Assembly (NCBI GenBank): GCA_963667195.1
Contig: OY762962.1
Coordinates: 2,515,671-2,579,670, forward strand
Length of the DNA stretch: 64,000 nt
Direction: 5' to 3'
Source of the DNA: Christensenellaceae bacterium
Lineage (GTDB): Bacteria; Bacillota; Clostridia; Christensenellales; CAG-138
Numbering within the stretch: the stretch's first letter is position 1; the number at the start of each line of letters is the position of its first letter. This document shows positions 38,013-50,662 of this stretch, in pieces. Position numbers and translations under genes: made by a program. The notes under the pieces are model-generated. The model had not been told where the DNA came from. It saw nothing but the letters and a program-made list of their open reading frames with translations, and did not search any database.

Positions 38013-38533
38013 AGAAGTTTCTCAAAGTGTTGCTGGCGATCGTGATGATCGTCGTTCTCTTTACCCTACCGACCGTTGCTCTTGCGGACACGGGCACGCA
38101 AGCGCCCGCTGCAGAAGGATTGGATCTGCTGATTAACTTTGGCCTTCAGCTCGCCGGGACGCTCCTGATCACACTGATCGGAGTGCTGGGCACGTGGCTA
38201 ACGCTGCAACTCAACAAAAACGCGAAGCTCAAAAATATTAACGATGCGCAAAAAGAGCTGATTCGCGCGGCAAAGATCACAGTCGGCGAGCTGAAGCAAA
38301 CAACCGTTGATGCTCTTAAGGCTGGGCATTCGGATGGCAAACTTACATTACAAGAAATTGCACAGTTGCGCGAAAAACTGCGGGATAAAACATTGGAAAA
38401 ACTGTCTGCTCCGGCATATGCGCTTTTGGCTGCCGCTTCAGTTGATGTGGAGGGCCTGATCATCGGAGTCGGAGAAAGCTGGATCGAACGATTGAAGCAA
38501 TCGAGCGGCAGCCCCGACACGGACACCGAGTAA
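38009..38533 (+). CDS. holin-like membrane protein
   Basis: two hydrophobic segments; last gene of lysis module. Confidence 0.65.
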   Translation: MKKFLKVLLAIVMIVVLFTLPTVALADTGTQAPAAEGLDLLINFGLQLAGTLLITLIGVLGTWLTLQLNKNAKLKNINDAQKELIRAAKITVGELKQTTVDALKAGHSDGKLTLQEIAQLREKLRDKTLEKLSAPAYALLAAASVDVEGLIIGVGESWIERLKQSSGSPDTDTE

Positions 38534-38548
38534 TCACAACCATCGAAA

Positions 38549-38588
38549 AGAAGCACCGTTCCGGATCATCGGAGCGGTGCTTTTTTTT
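38549..38588 (+). terminator. terminator ending late operon
   Basis: AAGCACCGTTCCG...CGGAGCGGTGC followed by T8. Confidence 0.85.
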
Positions 38589-38593
38589 GTTTT

Positions 38594-38612
38594 GGTTGCC
38601 AGAAGGTTGCCA
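38594..38612. promoter_or_regulatory. putative integrase arm-type sites
   Basis: GGTTGCCAGAAGGTTGCCA, matches 1353-1370. Confidence 0.65.
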
Positions 38613-38678
38613 GTGGTTTTTCTGCAGCAAAGATAATGATTATTAAAACAGCCCGCAAACGCACTGTTTACGGGCTAC

Positions 38679-38729
38679 TTTTTGGCTCCCCCTGTTGGAC
38701 TCGAACCAACGACACTGCGGTTAACAGCC
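38679..38729. repeat. attachment core, right copy
   Basis: identical to 1198-1248. Confidence 0.97.
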
Positions 38730-38758
38730 GCATGCTCTACCGACTGAGCTAAGGAGGA
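38683..38758 (-). tRNA. host tRNA-Asn(GTT), integration target
   Basis: TCCTCCTTAGCTCAGTCGGTAGAGCATGCGGCT-GTT-AACCGCAG...GGGGGAGCCA, 76 nt. Confidence 0.97.
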
Positions 38759-38916
38759 ACGTTACTCGGAGATTTTACATGAATTCGAGGCCACTTGCAA
38801 TGAACACGGCGAGCGATTTGGAACGGTTATTGCAAAATACGATTCGAATCCTCTCGTTATCTTGAAATTGCTCGCCTTTGATTGACGTTTTAAAGTACGC
38901 TAACTATAATATTGAC

Positions 38917-39450
38917 ATGGATGAGAACGCAATCATCACACTCATTGCGATAGAGACAAATGCGCCGAAACGGAGATTTACCCGCTCCACCGGGGCAATT
39001 TATATCATTTTGATCGCGCTGATCATCGGCAGTATGTCGGCGGGAAATTTGCTCTACGAGCGGCTTTTCATTCCGCGATACGTGACACAACCGATTCTTT
39101 ACGCTGTGATTGCGACGGTTTGTTATCTCGTATATCGCCGAAATTATTTGCGATACCGCTACACGCTGACAACAAACACACTAGCGATCGAACAAATCGG
39201 CGGCAGCGAAGAGAAAACGCTCGCCGCAATCGATATTTCATGCATTCGTCAGATTCAGCATGATACACCAAAAGAGAGAAGCAAAGTAAAAACCGTCTAC
39301 GCTTATCTGCCGCCCAGAAAGAATATCACATGGGTGATGGCAAACGAGGACGGGAAAGAAACCCGATACGCAATCAGCGCGAGTAGCGAGTTTTTGGATC
39401 AGCTCAATGAGCAATGGCGGCTGGCAAAGACTGCTGACAAGAACGAATGA
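38917..39450 (+). CDS. two-TM membrane protein
   Basis: two hydrophobic helices then YRYTLT beta domain; start uncertain. Confidence 0.65.
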   Translation: MDENAIITLIAIETNAPKRRFTRSTGAIYIILIALIIGSMSAGNLLYERLFIPRYVTQPILYAVIATVCYLVYRRNYLRYRYTLTTNTLAIEQIGGSEEKTLAAIDISCIRQIQHDTPKERSKVKTVYAYLPPRKNITWVMANEDGKETRYAISASSEFLDQLNEQWRLAKTADKNE

Positions 39451-39498
39451 ACAAAGTCCTTCGAGCATCGCTGGAGAAAGAATAAATTAGTTTTAAAC

Positions 39499-40929
39499 AT
39501 GAACGAACACCCGACGACAACAGAAAGCGAAACATTACAGGAAACGCTCGGCAACTACGCGCGCGAGAATTCCGCGCGGTTTCATATGCCCGGCCACAAG
39601 GGACGCGGGCTCTCCGGTTTCTGGCGCGATGAGCTGCAGCTTTGGGACGTGACGGAGCTGAGCAACACCGACAATCTGCACGCGCCGCAGGGCGCGATTG
39701 CCGCGGCGCAACAGAGCATGGCGCAGGCGTATGGCGCGAAGGCTTCTTTTTTTGCGGTCAATGGAGGAACAAACGCTGTTCAAGCGATGATTCTCGCGCT
39801 GAGCGATCAGGACAAGCTCCTGCTTGCGCGGGATTGCCACCGTTCCGCGGTCAGCGGCGCGGCTCTCCGCGGAATTGAGACCTGCTATCTTTCGCCGAGA
39901 TACGACGAATCCCGCGGGCTGCTGGGCATGGTGACGCCGGAAGACTTGGATGAAGCCTTGACGCAAACGGGAGCGACCGCAGTGCTGGTGACTTCGCCAA
40001 ACGCATACGGACTATGCGCGGATATCGCGGGGCTGGCGGAGGCGGCACACCGGCACGGGGCGCTGCTGCTGCTCGACAGCGCACACGGCGCGCATTACCC
40101 GTTTTCCGACGCGCTTCCGCGCGCACCCGGCGGATATGTTGATCTTTTTGTACACTCGCAGCATAAGACGATGGACGCGCTGACGCAGGCCGCAAGCCTG
40201 CACCTTGGCGAGTGCCGCATTACGCCGGAGCAGCTACGCCGCGCGCTCGCGATGACGGAGACGACGAGCCCCTCGTATCTGCTGATGGCGTCGCTGGACT
40301 GGTCGGTCTACATGGCGAAACGGCGTGACTGGACCGGACAGGTTGCGCGCTGCATCGCGCTGGAAAAGAAGATTGAAGTCATCGAAGGCTTACGCGTGTT
40401 TCACGATCCGGTCGGCATCGGCGTTTACGAGCGCGACCGCACGAGAATCGTGATCGACGTGACCAATCGGGGTTACACCGGATATGAAGCGCAGGCGATT
40501 TTGGAGCAGAACAACATCTACCTTGAGATGGCGGATGCGCGAAGGCTCGTATTGATCACGTCGCCGAACGACGAACCCATCTGGTATGAGCAGTTGCTGA
40601 ATACCCTCGCATCTCTGCCGAAGAAAAAAACGAAGAGCACGCTCAACAGCGGAGAAGAGATTCGCTTTGCGGCAAACGAGCAGCGCATGGGCATCCGCGA
40701 GGCGACATTTGCGCAAACGCAGACACTACCACTCAAGCAGGCGGAAGGACGCGTTGCTGCGGAGCCCATCGGCATCTACCCGCCGGGAATCGCGCTGGTC
40801 ATGCCAGGCGAGGTCATCGGCCGTCGCGCGATTGACTATCTGCTGACGCAGGAACGCGGCGGCGGCGCGCTCTTCGGCGTCTATGATGGAAGCGTCTTCG
40901 TCGTAGAAGACCGCAAACAAACAAGATAA
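39499..40929 (+). CDS. Orn/Lys/Arg decarboxylase (YaaO-like, PLP)
   Basis: FHMPGHKG, DSAHGAH, SQHKT, TTSPSY, YPPGI. Confidence 0.93.
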   Translation: MNEHPTTTESETLQETLGNYARENSARFHMPGHKGRGLSGFWRDELQLWDVTELSNTDNLHAPQGAIAAAQQSMAQAYGAKASFFAVNGGTNAVQAMILALSDQDKLLLARDCHRSAVSGAALRGIETCYLSPRYDESRGLLGMVTPEDLDEALTQTGATAVLVTSPNAYGLCADIAGLAEAAHRHGALLLLDSAHGAHYPFSDALPRAPGGYVDLFVHSQHKTMDALTQAASLHLGECRITPEQLRRALAMTETTSPSYLLMASLDWSVYMAKRRDWTGQVARCIALEKKIEVIEGLRVFHDPVGIGVYERDRTRIVIDVTNRGYTGYEAQAILEQNNIYLEMADARRLVLITSPNDEPIWYEQLLNTLASLPKKKTKSTLNSGEEIRFAANEQRMGIREATFAQTQTLPLKQAEGRVAAEPIGIYPPGIALVMPGEVIGRRAIDYLLTQERGGGALFGVYDGSVFVVEDRKQTR

Positions 40930-41004
40930 CGACAGGACGAAAGCATCTGAACCGAAAAAAAACAGGCGAACACAAATAATTAGGAAACGATATTGAGGAA
41001 CACC

Positions 41005-41982
41005 ATGCAAAACCGACTGCTCGACGCGATTTCACTCGACCGCGCCCCGCACGCAATCTTAATCTCCGGCCCGGAAGGAAGCGGCAAGCGGGAGCTTGCG
41101 CGCCGTTGCGCCGCGCTCTTTTGCCTCGACGAGGACGCGCCGGAGCGACTCGTCAGTTGCCCGAACTATTACGAGATCGGCGAGAGCACGGTGAAGGTGG
41201 ACGACATCCGCACGCTGCTCACTTCCGCCGCCATGCAGGGCTTCAACGGAGGCCGCAGGGCGTTTGTTTTCGTCAACGCGCAGCTCATGAGCACACAGAT
41301 ACAAAACACGCTTCTCAAGACCCTGGAGGAGCCACACAGCGAAACGATGCTGATCCTCACGGGAAACGAATTCGGGCTATTGCCCACGATTCGCTCCCGC
41401 TGCGTAATCGAGCGCCTCGGCGCGGGCAGCGTTGAAGAGACCGTACGGGAGCTAATGCGCGAGGGAATGAGCTCGCAGGATGCGCGCTTCTTCGCGGGGC
41501 TTTCGGACGGAATTCTGAGCCGCGCGCGCACCAATGCGCTGCCGGAATCCGTGGCGTTTCGCGCGAGCGCAATCGAGCTCGTTCGGCGCGCGATCTTCGA
41601 CTACGCGCCGTTTGCGGAGGCGACGGAGCTGGTCATGATCATGAGCGCGGAACCGGAGCCGGAGGAGACCCCCGACGACGAACCCAAGGCCAAGGTCGGA
41701 AAGAAGAAAAAGAAAGGCGACGTGCAGCTCACGCTGTCGTTTCTTACCATAGCACTCAGTGTATTTCAGGATGCGATCAACGCGTCCCTCGGTGGTCAAA
41801 CGCCGCGCAACAGCGACCAAACGGAGCTGGTTCGCAAAATTGCGTCGTGCTTTACAATAGCGCAGATACAAGGTATCATAGAAATGTTAACCAGTTCGCA
41901 GCAAAAGTTGATTGCGGGCGCGAGTATTCCGCTCACGCTCGACAGCGCGCTTGCGAAGCTGTTTTACGAGCCACAACGCTAA
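41005..41982 (+). CDS. holB: DNA polymerase III delta' subunit
   Basis: HAILISGPEGSGK, QNTLLKTLEEP, LLPTIRSRC; upstream of yaaT. Confidence 0.9.
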   Translation: MQNRLLDAISLDRAPHAILISGPEGSGKRELARRCAALFCLDEDAPERLVSCPNYYEIGESTVKVDDIRTLLTSAAMQGFNGGRRAFVFVNAQLMSTQIQNTLLKTLEEPHSETMLILTGNEFGLLPTIRSRCVIERLGAGSVEETVRELMREGMSSQDARFFAGLSDGILSRARTNALPESVAFRASAIELVRRAIFDYAPFAEATELVMIMSAEPEPEETPDDEPKAKVGKKKKKGDVQLTLSFLTIALSVFQDAINASLGGQTPRNSDQTELVRKIASCFTIAQIQGIIEMLTSSQQKLIAGASIPLTLDSALAKLFYEPQR

Positions 41983-42051
41983 ACGCGAACAAAACAGCCT
42001 GAACCGCGCGGGAAAATCCCGCTGCGGAACCATAGAAGGAGCAATGACACT

Positions 42052-43422
42052 ATGAAAGTGATTGGCGTACGATTCAAATCGAGCGGACGCATCTATTATT
42101 TCGACCCGTTGGAATTCGAGTTTGCCGAAGGAGACGGCGTCATCGTTGAAACCGCGCGCGGACAGGAATACGGCGAGGTTGCGCAGGTGGCGATGGACGT
42201 GGAGGAATCCGCGATCGTATCCCCGCTCAAACCCGTAGTGCGGCCCGCGAGCGACGCGGACACCACGATGCGCGACCAGAACTGCGCAAAGGAAGGCGAC
42301 GCGTTTCGCGTTTGCCAGCAGAAGATTGATCAGCACAAGCTGGACATGCACCTCGTGAGCGCGGAATACTCGTTTAACGGAAGCAAGCTCGTGTTTTACT
42401 TTACGGCGGACGAGCGCGTGGACTTCCGCGATCTGGTCAAAGACCTCGCGTCGCAGTTCCGCACCCGCATCGAGCTGCGCCAAATCGGCGTTCGCGACGA
42501 GGCAAAGATGCTGGGCGGCCTCGGCTCCTGCGGCAGAGTGGTCTGCTGCAAGCAGTTTCTGGACGATTTCCATCCCGTTTCGATTAAGATGGCGAAGGAA
42601 CAGAACCTTTCTCTCAGCCCGACGAAGATCAGCGGGCTCTGCGGAAGGCTCATGTGCTGCCTGCAATACGAGCAGAGCTGCTATGAAGACATGAAGCGGC
42701 GCATGCCGCACGTCAACCGTGATATCCTCACGCCGGACGGCGTCGGCATCGTCGTTGACAACAACGTGATCACCGAAAAGACCAAGGTGCGCGTGACACT
42801 GCCCGACGGGAGCATCGACCTGAGGGAGTTTCACTATACGCTGCTTGCCAAGCCCGGCGAAGCGCTGCCCGCGCAGCCGCAACAGGCCGCGCAACCGGCT
42901 CAGCCGGCGCAGCAGCCGCAAGCGCAGGCGGCAGTCCAGCCGCAGCGCGAGAACGCGGAGGCAAAGCCCGCCACGGAGAACGCAGCGCAGGAGCGCAACC
43001 CCGAGCACAAGCGCCGCAGACGCGGCGGACGCGGCAAGGGTTCCCCGCGACCCAACGGCGCACCCGGGCAGGAAGGCGAAGCACAGCAGCCGCGCCCAAA
43101 CAACAATCAACCGCGTCCGGCAGGGCAGCAACAGCAGCAACAGCAGCAGCGCAGACCCGAAGGACAACAGCAGCAGCGCAGACCGGAAGGACAGCAGCAA
43201 CAGCAGCGCAGACCCGAAGGCCAGCAGCCGCGCCCGAACAACAATCAACCGCGTCCGCAGCAGGGCGCAAACCAGCAACAGGGCGCAAACCAACAGCAGC
43301 CGAACCAGCAGCCCAGACAGGGAAACGCGCAGGAAGGCCAGCGAAACAACAACTATCATCGGCGCGGCGGCGCGAACCGGCCGAGGCCGAACGGGCCCGC
43401 ACCGGAGAAAAAGGAGCCATAA
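42052..43422 (+). CDS. yaaT: PSP1/YaaT (RicT) protein with long Q/P/N/R-rich tail
   Basis: RVDFRDLVKDL, RIELRQIGVRDEAK, CGR.CC, ISGLCGRLMCCL.YE. Confidence 0.93.
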   Translation: MKVIGVRFKSSGRIYYFDPLEFEFAEGDGVIVETARGQEYGEVAQVAMDVEESAIVSPLKPVVRPASDADTTMRDQNCAKEGDAFRVCQQKIDQHKLDMHLVSAEYSFNGSKLVFYFTADERVDFRDLVKDLASQFRTRIELRQIGVRDEAKMLGGLGSCGRVVCCKQFLDDFHPVSIKMAKEQNLSLSPTKISGLCGRLMCCLQYEQSCYEDMKRRMPHVNRDILTPDGVGIVVDNNVITEKTKVRVTLPDGSIDLREFHYTLLAKPGEALPAQPQQAAQPAQPAQQPQAQAAVQPQRENAEAKPATENAAQERNPEHKRRRRGGRGKGSPRPNGAPGQEGEAQQPRPNNNQPRPAGQQQQQQQQRRPEGQQQQRRPEGQQQQQRRPEGQQPRPNNNQPRPQQGANQQQGANQQQPNQQPRQGNAQEGQRNNNYHRRGGANRPRPNGPAPEKKEP

Positions 43423-43467
43423 TGCGCGACAAAACGCCGCGCAATGCTGATTTTACACCGCGTTGTG

Positions 43468-43495
43468 TTGACGTTTGGTGACGCTGTGTTATAAT
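43468..43495 (+). promoter_or_regulatory. ferredoxin promoter
   Basis: TTGACG-16-TATAAT with TGn. Confidence 0.75.
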
Positions 43496-43526
43496 ATTTA
43501 CGAAATTTGACACGGAGGACTGGAAC

Positions 43527-43694
43527 ATGGCATATAAAATTTCTGACGAATGCATCGCCTGCGGCGCTTGTGCTGCGGAGTGCCCCACCGAAGCGATCAG
43601 CGAAGGCGCGATCTACGTGATCGATGCCGACAAGTGCATCGACTGCGGCAATTGCGCAGACGTTTGCCCGGTTGGCGCGCCGAAACCCGAGTAA
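43527..43694 (+). CDS. 2x[4Fe-4S] ferredoxin (55 aa, not in ORF track)
   Basis: MAYKISDECIACGACAAECP...CIDCGNCADVCP; SD GGAGG. Confidence 0.97.
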   Translation: MAYKISDECIACGACAAECPTEAISEGAIYVIDADKCIDCGNCADVCPVGAPKPE

Positions 43695-43707
43695 GCAACG
43701 AAGTAAA

Positions 43708-43745
43708 GAGGCCTGAACGACAGCATTGTCGTTCAGGCCTTTTTT
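43708..43745. terminator. terminator
   Basis: AGGCCTGAACGACA-GCAT-TGTCGTTCAGGCCT followed by T run. Confidence 0.85.
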
Positions 43746-43773
43746 CGTTTTTGGCGTGATGCCGGAATTCGGA

Positions 43774-44346
43774 TCAACCGCAGCAGGCGGCAAACGGCAG
43801 ATCGTTATAGACGATCGGAAGCAGTACATCCGTCATCTCGTCAAAATCCGTCGGATCGGACGTATAGCATGTGTAGCGGACATCCTCATAGCTCCATTCC
43901 GCGAGAGCGCCCTTTGCGCCGCCGTCGATGGTCTTCACGACGAGGCTGACCTTGAAGCCCGGGCCTTCGAGATCGAGAGACTGCGGATTGGGATCAAACG
44001 TTTCGTTTACGCCGGAGATATCCTCCGTGGTGACCGCGCCGCGATAAGTATAGGTCTTGCCGTCGAGCGTGAATATGATCTGCGCAACCTTGCCGCCGAT
44101 GATGCTGTAGCTTGCGCTGTCCGCCTGCTGATACGGGGTTATGATGAACCCAAGATCGGAGAAGTCCGCGGCGCCTTCCACCTCCACAATCGGGTTGGGA
44201 ATCTGCGTGCTTGGCTCCGCTGTTGCAGCGGGCGTGGGCGAGGGCGCGGGGGTGGCAGTTTGCGCGGGCTCGCTTGCCTCAGCTTTGCAGGACGCAAAGG
44301 AGAAAACAAGCAGAAGCGCACATACAATCGGGATGATTTTTTTCAT
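43774..44346 (-). CDS. lipoprotein
   Basis: MKKIIP...FASC lipobox; Pro/Thr linker. Confidence 0.8.
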   Translation of the reverse strand: MKKIIPIVCALLLVFSFASCKAEASEPAQTATPAPSPTPAATAEPSTQIPNPIVEVEGAADFSDLGFIITPYQQADSASYSIIGGKVAQIIFTLDGKTYTYRGAVTTEDISGVNETFDPNPQSLDLEGPGFKVSLVVKTIDGGAKGALAEWSYEDVRYTCYTSDPTDFDEMTDVLLPIVYNDLPFAACCG

Positions 44347-44645
44347 GATACCTGTCCTTTTGGCATATGCCGGTTGGAAGCAAATCCAAACGGCAAGCCT
44401 ATGTGAAGTACGGGTATCATACCACACATCAGACATGGAATAAGTGACGAAAGCACGCGCCGGAGACGGCGTTTTTTGCGTTTTTGGGTGCAAAAATAAT
44501 TATCGGAATTGGCAAAAGGGCGAATTATAAGAATTCGCGAAACCCGGAATTATGATAATTTTTCACCCGATTTGTGCTTTACGATGTCTCTGGCGGCAGG
44601 AAGGCCTCGAATATCAGCCGCCAAGCAAGAAAGGAGCACGATCGA

Positions 44646-45036
44646 ATGGACTCGGCCAAACTGACTGACCTCGAAAGCAAAATGGAAGCGTATTTTGCCG
44701 CATGCGATGCGACGGCGGAGCGCGTCACCCTCAAAAACGGGAGCGTGACCATCCGGCAAACGCCGTATACGCTGGCGGGCCTGAGCGAGCAACTCAAAAC
44801 TCCGCAAAGCGAGATCCTCGCAAAAGGCAGGAGAGGCGGAAAAAGCGAGGAGCGCAAGCTGTATGCCAACGCGCTCCGGCGGATTGGGCGGTACATCGCA
44901 GAGCACGCGTTGCTTGGGGAACTCCAATACAGCGTTGCCGCGAAACTGCTGGAGGAACTTGGAACCGGCGAAAAACTGCCGCCGGATGAGGAAGACCGCA
45001 GGATCGTCATCGTGCTGGAGGACAAGGAAGGCTGGG

Positions 45037-45044
<8 letters not shown>
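44646..45044 (+). CDS. terminase small subunit (P22 gp3-like pattern)
   Basis: LESKMEAYF..CD...PYTLAGL; SD AAGGAG; overlaps TerL start. Confidence 0.75.
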
Positions 45045-46383
<1,339 letters not shown>

Positions 46384-46413
46384 ACGGGGATACCCCCAAG
46401 GAGGAAACAAGGT

Positions 46414-48048
46414 ATGAAAGGAACAGATCAAGGGCAGGCAAAGCGCGCGCTCTGCGAAAAGGCGTACGGACTTTTTCGCGAGTTTCGCGGGGCATATGTC
46501 TCCGAATGGCAGCGGCTTGAAAACTGCGAACGGATGTATCGCGGCGACCACTGGCACGACGTGCCGATGCTGGATCGCAACGAGCCAAGACCCGTGACGC
46601 CGATCATCCAGAGCACGGTGGAAAACATCAAGGCCGAGCTGCTGGATCGCGTGCCGGAAGCGGTGATTTTGCCCGAAAGCCCGAAGGACGACGAGGTGGC
46701 GCACGTGATCGAGGCCATCATCCGCCAGAACCACGACGCGGACGGCTACGTGAAGGAATACCGTAAACTCGTGCACGACCTACTCGTCGGCGGCTACTGC
46801 GTGCAGGAGGTCGGCTACGACAACACGCTCAACGCAGGCCTCGGCGGCGCGTTTATCCGCCATGTGGACGTGAGGAGCATTCTCTTTGACCCGCTCGTGA
46901 CGGACGCGCAGGAGAGCAGAGCGATCTTCAAGATTTCGCTCAAGACCCGCGAGTATATCGAGTCCCGCTTTCCCAAGGCTGCACCGTTTCTCACGGCGGA
47001 CGCGTTCGGTACGCCCGACGCGGTGGAGGACGGCATCCTCCACGGAGACCGCAACGGTGCGGTGCTCTTTCTGGAGTATTGGTGGCGGGAGTTCGACGCG
47101 GAGACGGAGCGCTCCAGCGTACACATGGCGCAGATTGCGGGAAACCAGGTGCTCTCCGACAGCAGGGACACAAAACCCGACGGGCTGTTTGATCACGGGA
47201 TGTATCCGTTTTTGATCACGCCGATGTTCGTGCGAAAGGGCTCCTGCCTCGGCCTCGGCCTCGTGGACATGTTTGAAACGCAGCAGCGGTACGCGGACAA
47301 GCTCGACCAGATCGTGCTGAAAAACGCGTTGATGGCGAGCCACAACAAGCTGCTCGTTACCGAAGCCAGCGGCTTTGACACGGAGGACCTGCGCGATTGG
47401 AGCAGAGAAGTGCACCGCGGCGAGAGCCTCAACGGCGTCACCTGGTTCTCCACGCCGCCGCTACCCGCCTACATCATCGGCTACATCGGCAGCATTCGCG
47501 AGAGCATCAAGCAGGAAAGCGGCGCCAACGATTTCTCGCGCGGAACAACGGCAGGCGGCGTGACAGCTGCCACCGCCATCGCCGCCATGCAGGAGATGAG
47601 CAACAAGCGCTCACGAATGATGGCAAGGCTCCTGCACGAGAGCTTTCGGGACGCGGTTCGCCTCGAAATCGAAGTCGAGCGCGAATTCAACTTCTTTACC
47701 CGCCGCGTGAACGTGACAATCAATGGCGAAACGAAGGAACGCACCTTTGAAAGCGCGATGCTGGTGAAGAAAGCGCCGGGCAACGTCGTGCTTCCGATTG
47801 AGTTCTACATCTCGGTCAAGGCGCAGCAGGAGACGAAATACTCCGCGATGAGCCAGAACGAGCTGGCGCTGAGGATGCTGCAAAGCGGCATTATGACGCC
47901 CGCGCAGGCCGTGGAACTCATGGTATTCGAAGGCAAGGAGCAGCTGCTCAAGCAGCTCAAGGAACAAGGCGAGAAGGCGGAAGCGCTCGCCAAACAACAG
48001 CAACAGGCTCTCCCGCAGATGGCGGGCGGAGCAGGGAGGAACGCATGA
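46414..48048 (+). CDS. portal protein
   Basis: aligns with 19878-21653 (NEPRPVTP, GYCVQEVGYD, FLEYWWREFD). Confidence 0.9.
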   Translation: MKGTDQGQAKRALCEKAYGLFREFRGAYVSEWQRLENCERMYRGDHWHDVPMLDRNEPRPVTPIIQSTVENIKAELLDRVPEAVILPESPKDDEVAHVIEAIIRQNHDADGYVKEYRKLVHDLLVGGYCVQEVGYDNTLNAGLGGAFIRHVDVRSILFDPLVTDAQESRAIFKISLKTREYIESRFPKAAPFLTADAFGTPDAVEDGILHGDRNGAVLFLEYWWREFDAETERSSVHMAQIAGNQVLSDSRDTKPDGLFDHGMYPFLITPMFVRKGSCLGLGLVDMFETQQRYADKLDQIVLKNALMASHNKLLVTEASGFDTEDLRDWSREVHRGESLNGVTWFSTPPLPAYIIGYIGSIRESIKQESGANDFSRGTTAGGVTAATAIAAMQEMSNKRSRMMARLLHESFRDAVRLEIEVEREFNFFTRRVNVTINGETKERTFESAMLVKKAPGNVVLPIEFYISVKAQQETKYSAMSQNELALRMLQSGIMTPAQAVELMVFEGKEQLLKQLKEQGEKAEALAKQQQQALPQMAGGAGRNA

Positions 48049-48488
48049 AACCCATGAAAAACACTATGCAGCAGCGGCTTACTGCCGCAAACGCCGCGCA
48101 AAACCAGAACGCGGCACAGAACGATCCGGAGTTTGAGGCGCTGGTGAACGAGATTTCGACGCTGGTGCAGCAAGGCAAGCTGCCCGAGGGATTCGACCTC
48201 GAATCAGCGACGAAAGACCCCGATCTCGTCGAACTCATGCGCGAATACGGCGCAGAGGCAGGCATCCGCATCTACGCCGCGGAACAGCGCGCGGAAGAGG
48301 CGGAAAACAACGCGATGGAGCGCGTGAGCGCCCGTGTCCGCGAACGCAGCGCGCTTCCCAAGAGCACGCGCGGCGGCAGCGCGGCACCCGCCGCGACCAA
48401 CTACCACGGCATGAGCTCGGAAGCATTCCGCACGCTCATGCAGCAGATGAAGAAGACCGCCCGCGACGGCGGCAAGACCAGACTGTAA
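48045..48488 (+). CDS. short scaffolding protein
   Basis: LPEGFDLE.A...RIYAAEQRA matches only C-terminal half of 21728-22639. Confidence 0.7.
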   Translation: MKPMKNTMQQRLTAANAAQNQNAAQNDPEFEALVNEISTLVQQGKLPEGFDLESATKDPDLVELMREYGAEAGIRIYAAEQRAEEAENNAMERVSARVRERSALPKSTRGGSAAPAATNYHGMSSEAFRTLMQQMKKTARDGGKTRL

Positions 48489-48509
48489 ACAACGGGAGGA
48501 AAAAACAAC

Positions 48510-49721
<1,212 letters not shown>

Positions 49722-49811
49722 GCGCATGCGTTCGGGAGGGCGGAAACGCTCTCCCGAGCGCAAAACGGAACGCGAACAACAATAACGAAATAAAAACAGG
49801 AGGATTAGACC

Positions 49812-50090
49812 ATGGAATACATGACGGAAGCGCAGATTGACGGCATCGCGACCGACACCGGCAAAGCCCTCGCAAAAGAGGACAAGGTGACCATCACCAT
49901 CCAGCCGGAGAGCGGCGAAAGCCACTGGGAAGGCGGCATCAACGGGCATTTCTTCCGCATCCGCACCGGAGAAGCGGTGGAGATTCCGCAGAGCCTCGCC
50001 ACTCTGATTGCGCAGAGCGCGCAGGTTCGCTACGAGAGCGAAGCGCATGTGCGCGCCTACCGCAAGAGCGGCGGCAAGAAGGTATCGTAA
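49812..50090 (+). CDS. head-associated protein
   Basis: VTITIQP...INGH...GE.VEIP.S; SD AGGAGG. Confidence 0.75.
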   Translation: MEYMTEAQIDGIATDTGKALAKEDKVTITIQPESGESHWEGGINGHFFRIRTGEAVEIPQSLATLIAQSAQVRYESEAHVRAYRKSGGKKVS

Positions 50091-50104
50091 AGGAGGGAAC
50101 ATGC

Positions 50105-50647
50105 ATGACACTCAAGGAACTGCTCACGGGAGCGCTCCTGCAGCTCGACCGCGGCACGGACGCGCAGACCCTCGAGAGCTGGCGCGACAAGCTCACGCGA
50201 TACCTCAACGACGCGATGATCGACCTCACCAGCGAGCTGCAACCCCGGCGAAGCGACTCGCTGACGCTGACGAGCGGCGTGCTGGACCTCACGAAGCTGC
50301 CGAGGAGCGTAGTGAAGGTGATTTCACTTTCTCGCGGAGACACGCGGCTGCCGTTTTACTACGGGGCAGGTACCGAGCTCTTGCGCGTGCCCGCCGTTTC
50401 GGACGGAGACGTGCTGGTGATCTACCGCTTTATGCCGATGCCGCTGAAGGTGGACACCGATGTGCCGGAGCTGCCGGAATGGAGCCACGGCGCGATGGTG
50501 GGCTACGCGGTAGGGCGTGAGCGGGCAAGCGGAGATGCAAGCAGCATTGCCTCCGCGCGGGCCTGCTTTGAACTCTACAACGCGGCAAAGCGCATGATGC
50601 GCGCGCACCGCGGCGAGCTCGACGCATATGCAATCGAGAACCGCTAG
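50105..50647 (+). CDS. head-tail adaptor
   Basis: MTLKELL...YLNDAM.DL...PELP...H; homolog of 24447-24989. Confidence 0.75.
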   Translation: MTLKELLTGALLQLDRGTDAQTLESWRDKLTRYLNDAMIDLTSELQPRRSDSLTLTSGVLDLTKLPRSVVKVISLSRGDTRLPFYYGAGTELLRVPAVSDGDVLVIYRFMPMPLKVDTDVPELPEWSHGAMVGYAVGRERASGDASSIASARACFELYNAAKRMMRAHRGELDAYAIENR

Positions 50648-50662
50648 AAAGGAGCAGGCGAT

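Larger units (their letters stand above)
1198..38729. mobile_element. temperate podovirus-like prophage integrated in tRNA-Asn (predicted excised circle 37,481 bp)
   Basis: 51-bp direct repeats at both ends; integrase, immunity, replication, packaging, head/neck and lysis modules in order; no tail tube or sheath genes recognised. Confidence 0.95.

Noticed and set aside
43550..43759. ORF-track 69-aa ORF
   Set aside because: Wrong frame; the real gene is the ferredoxin at 43527-43694.
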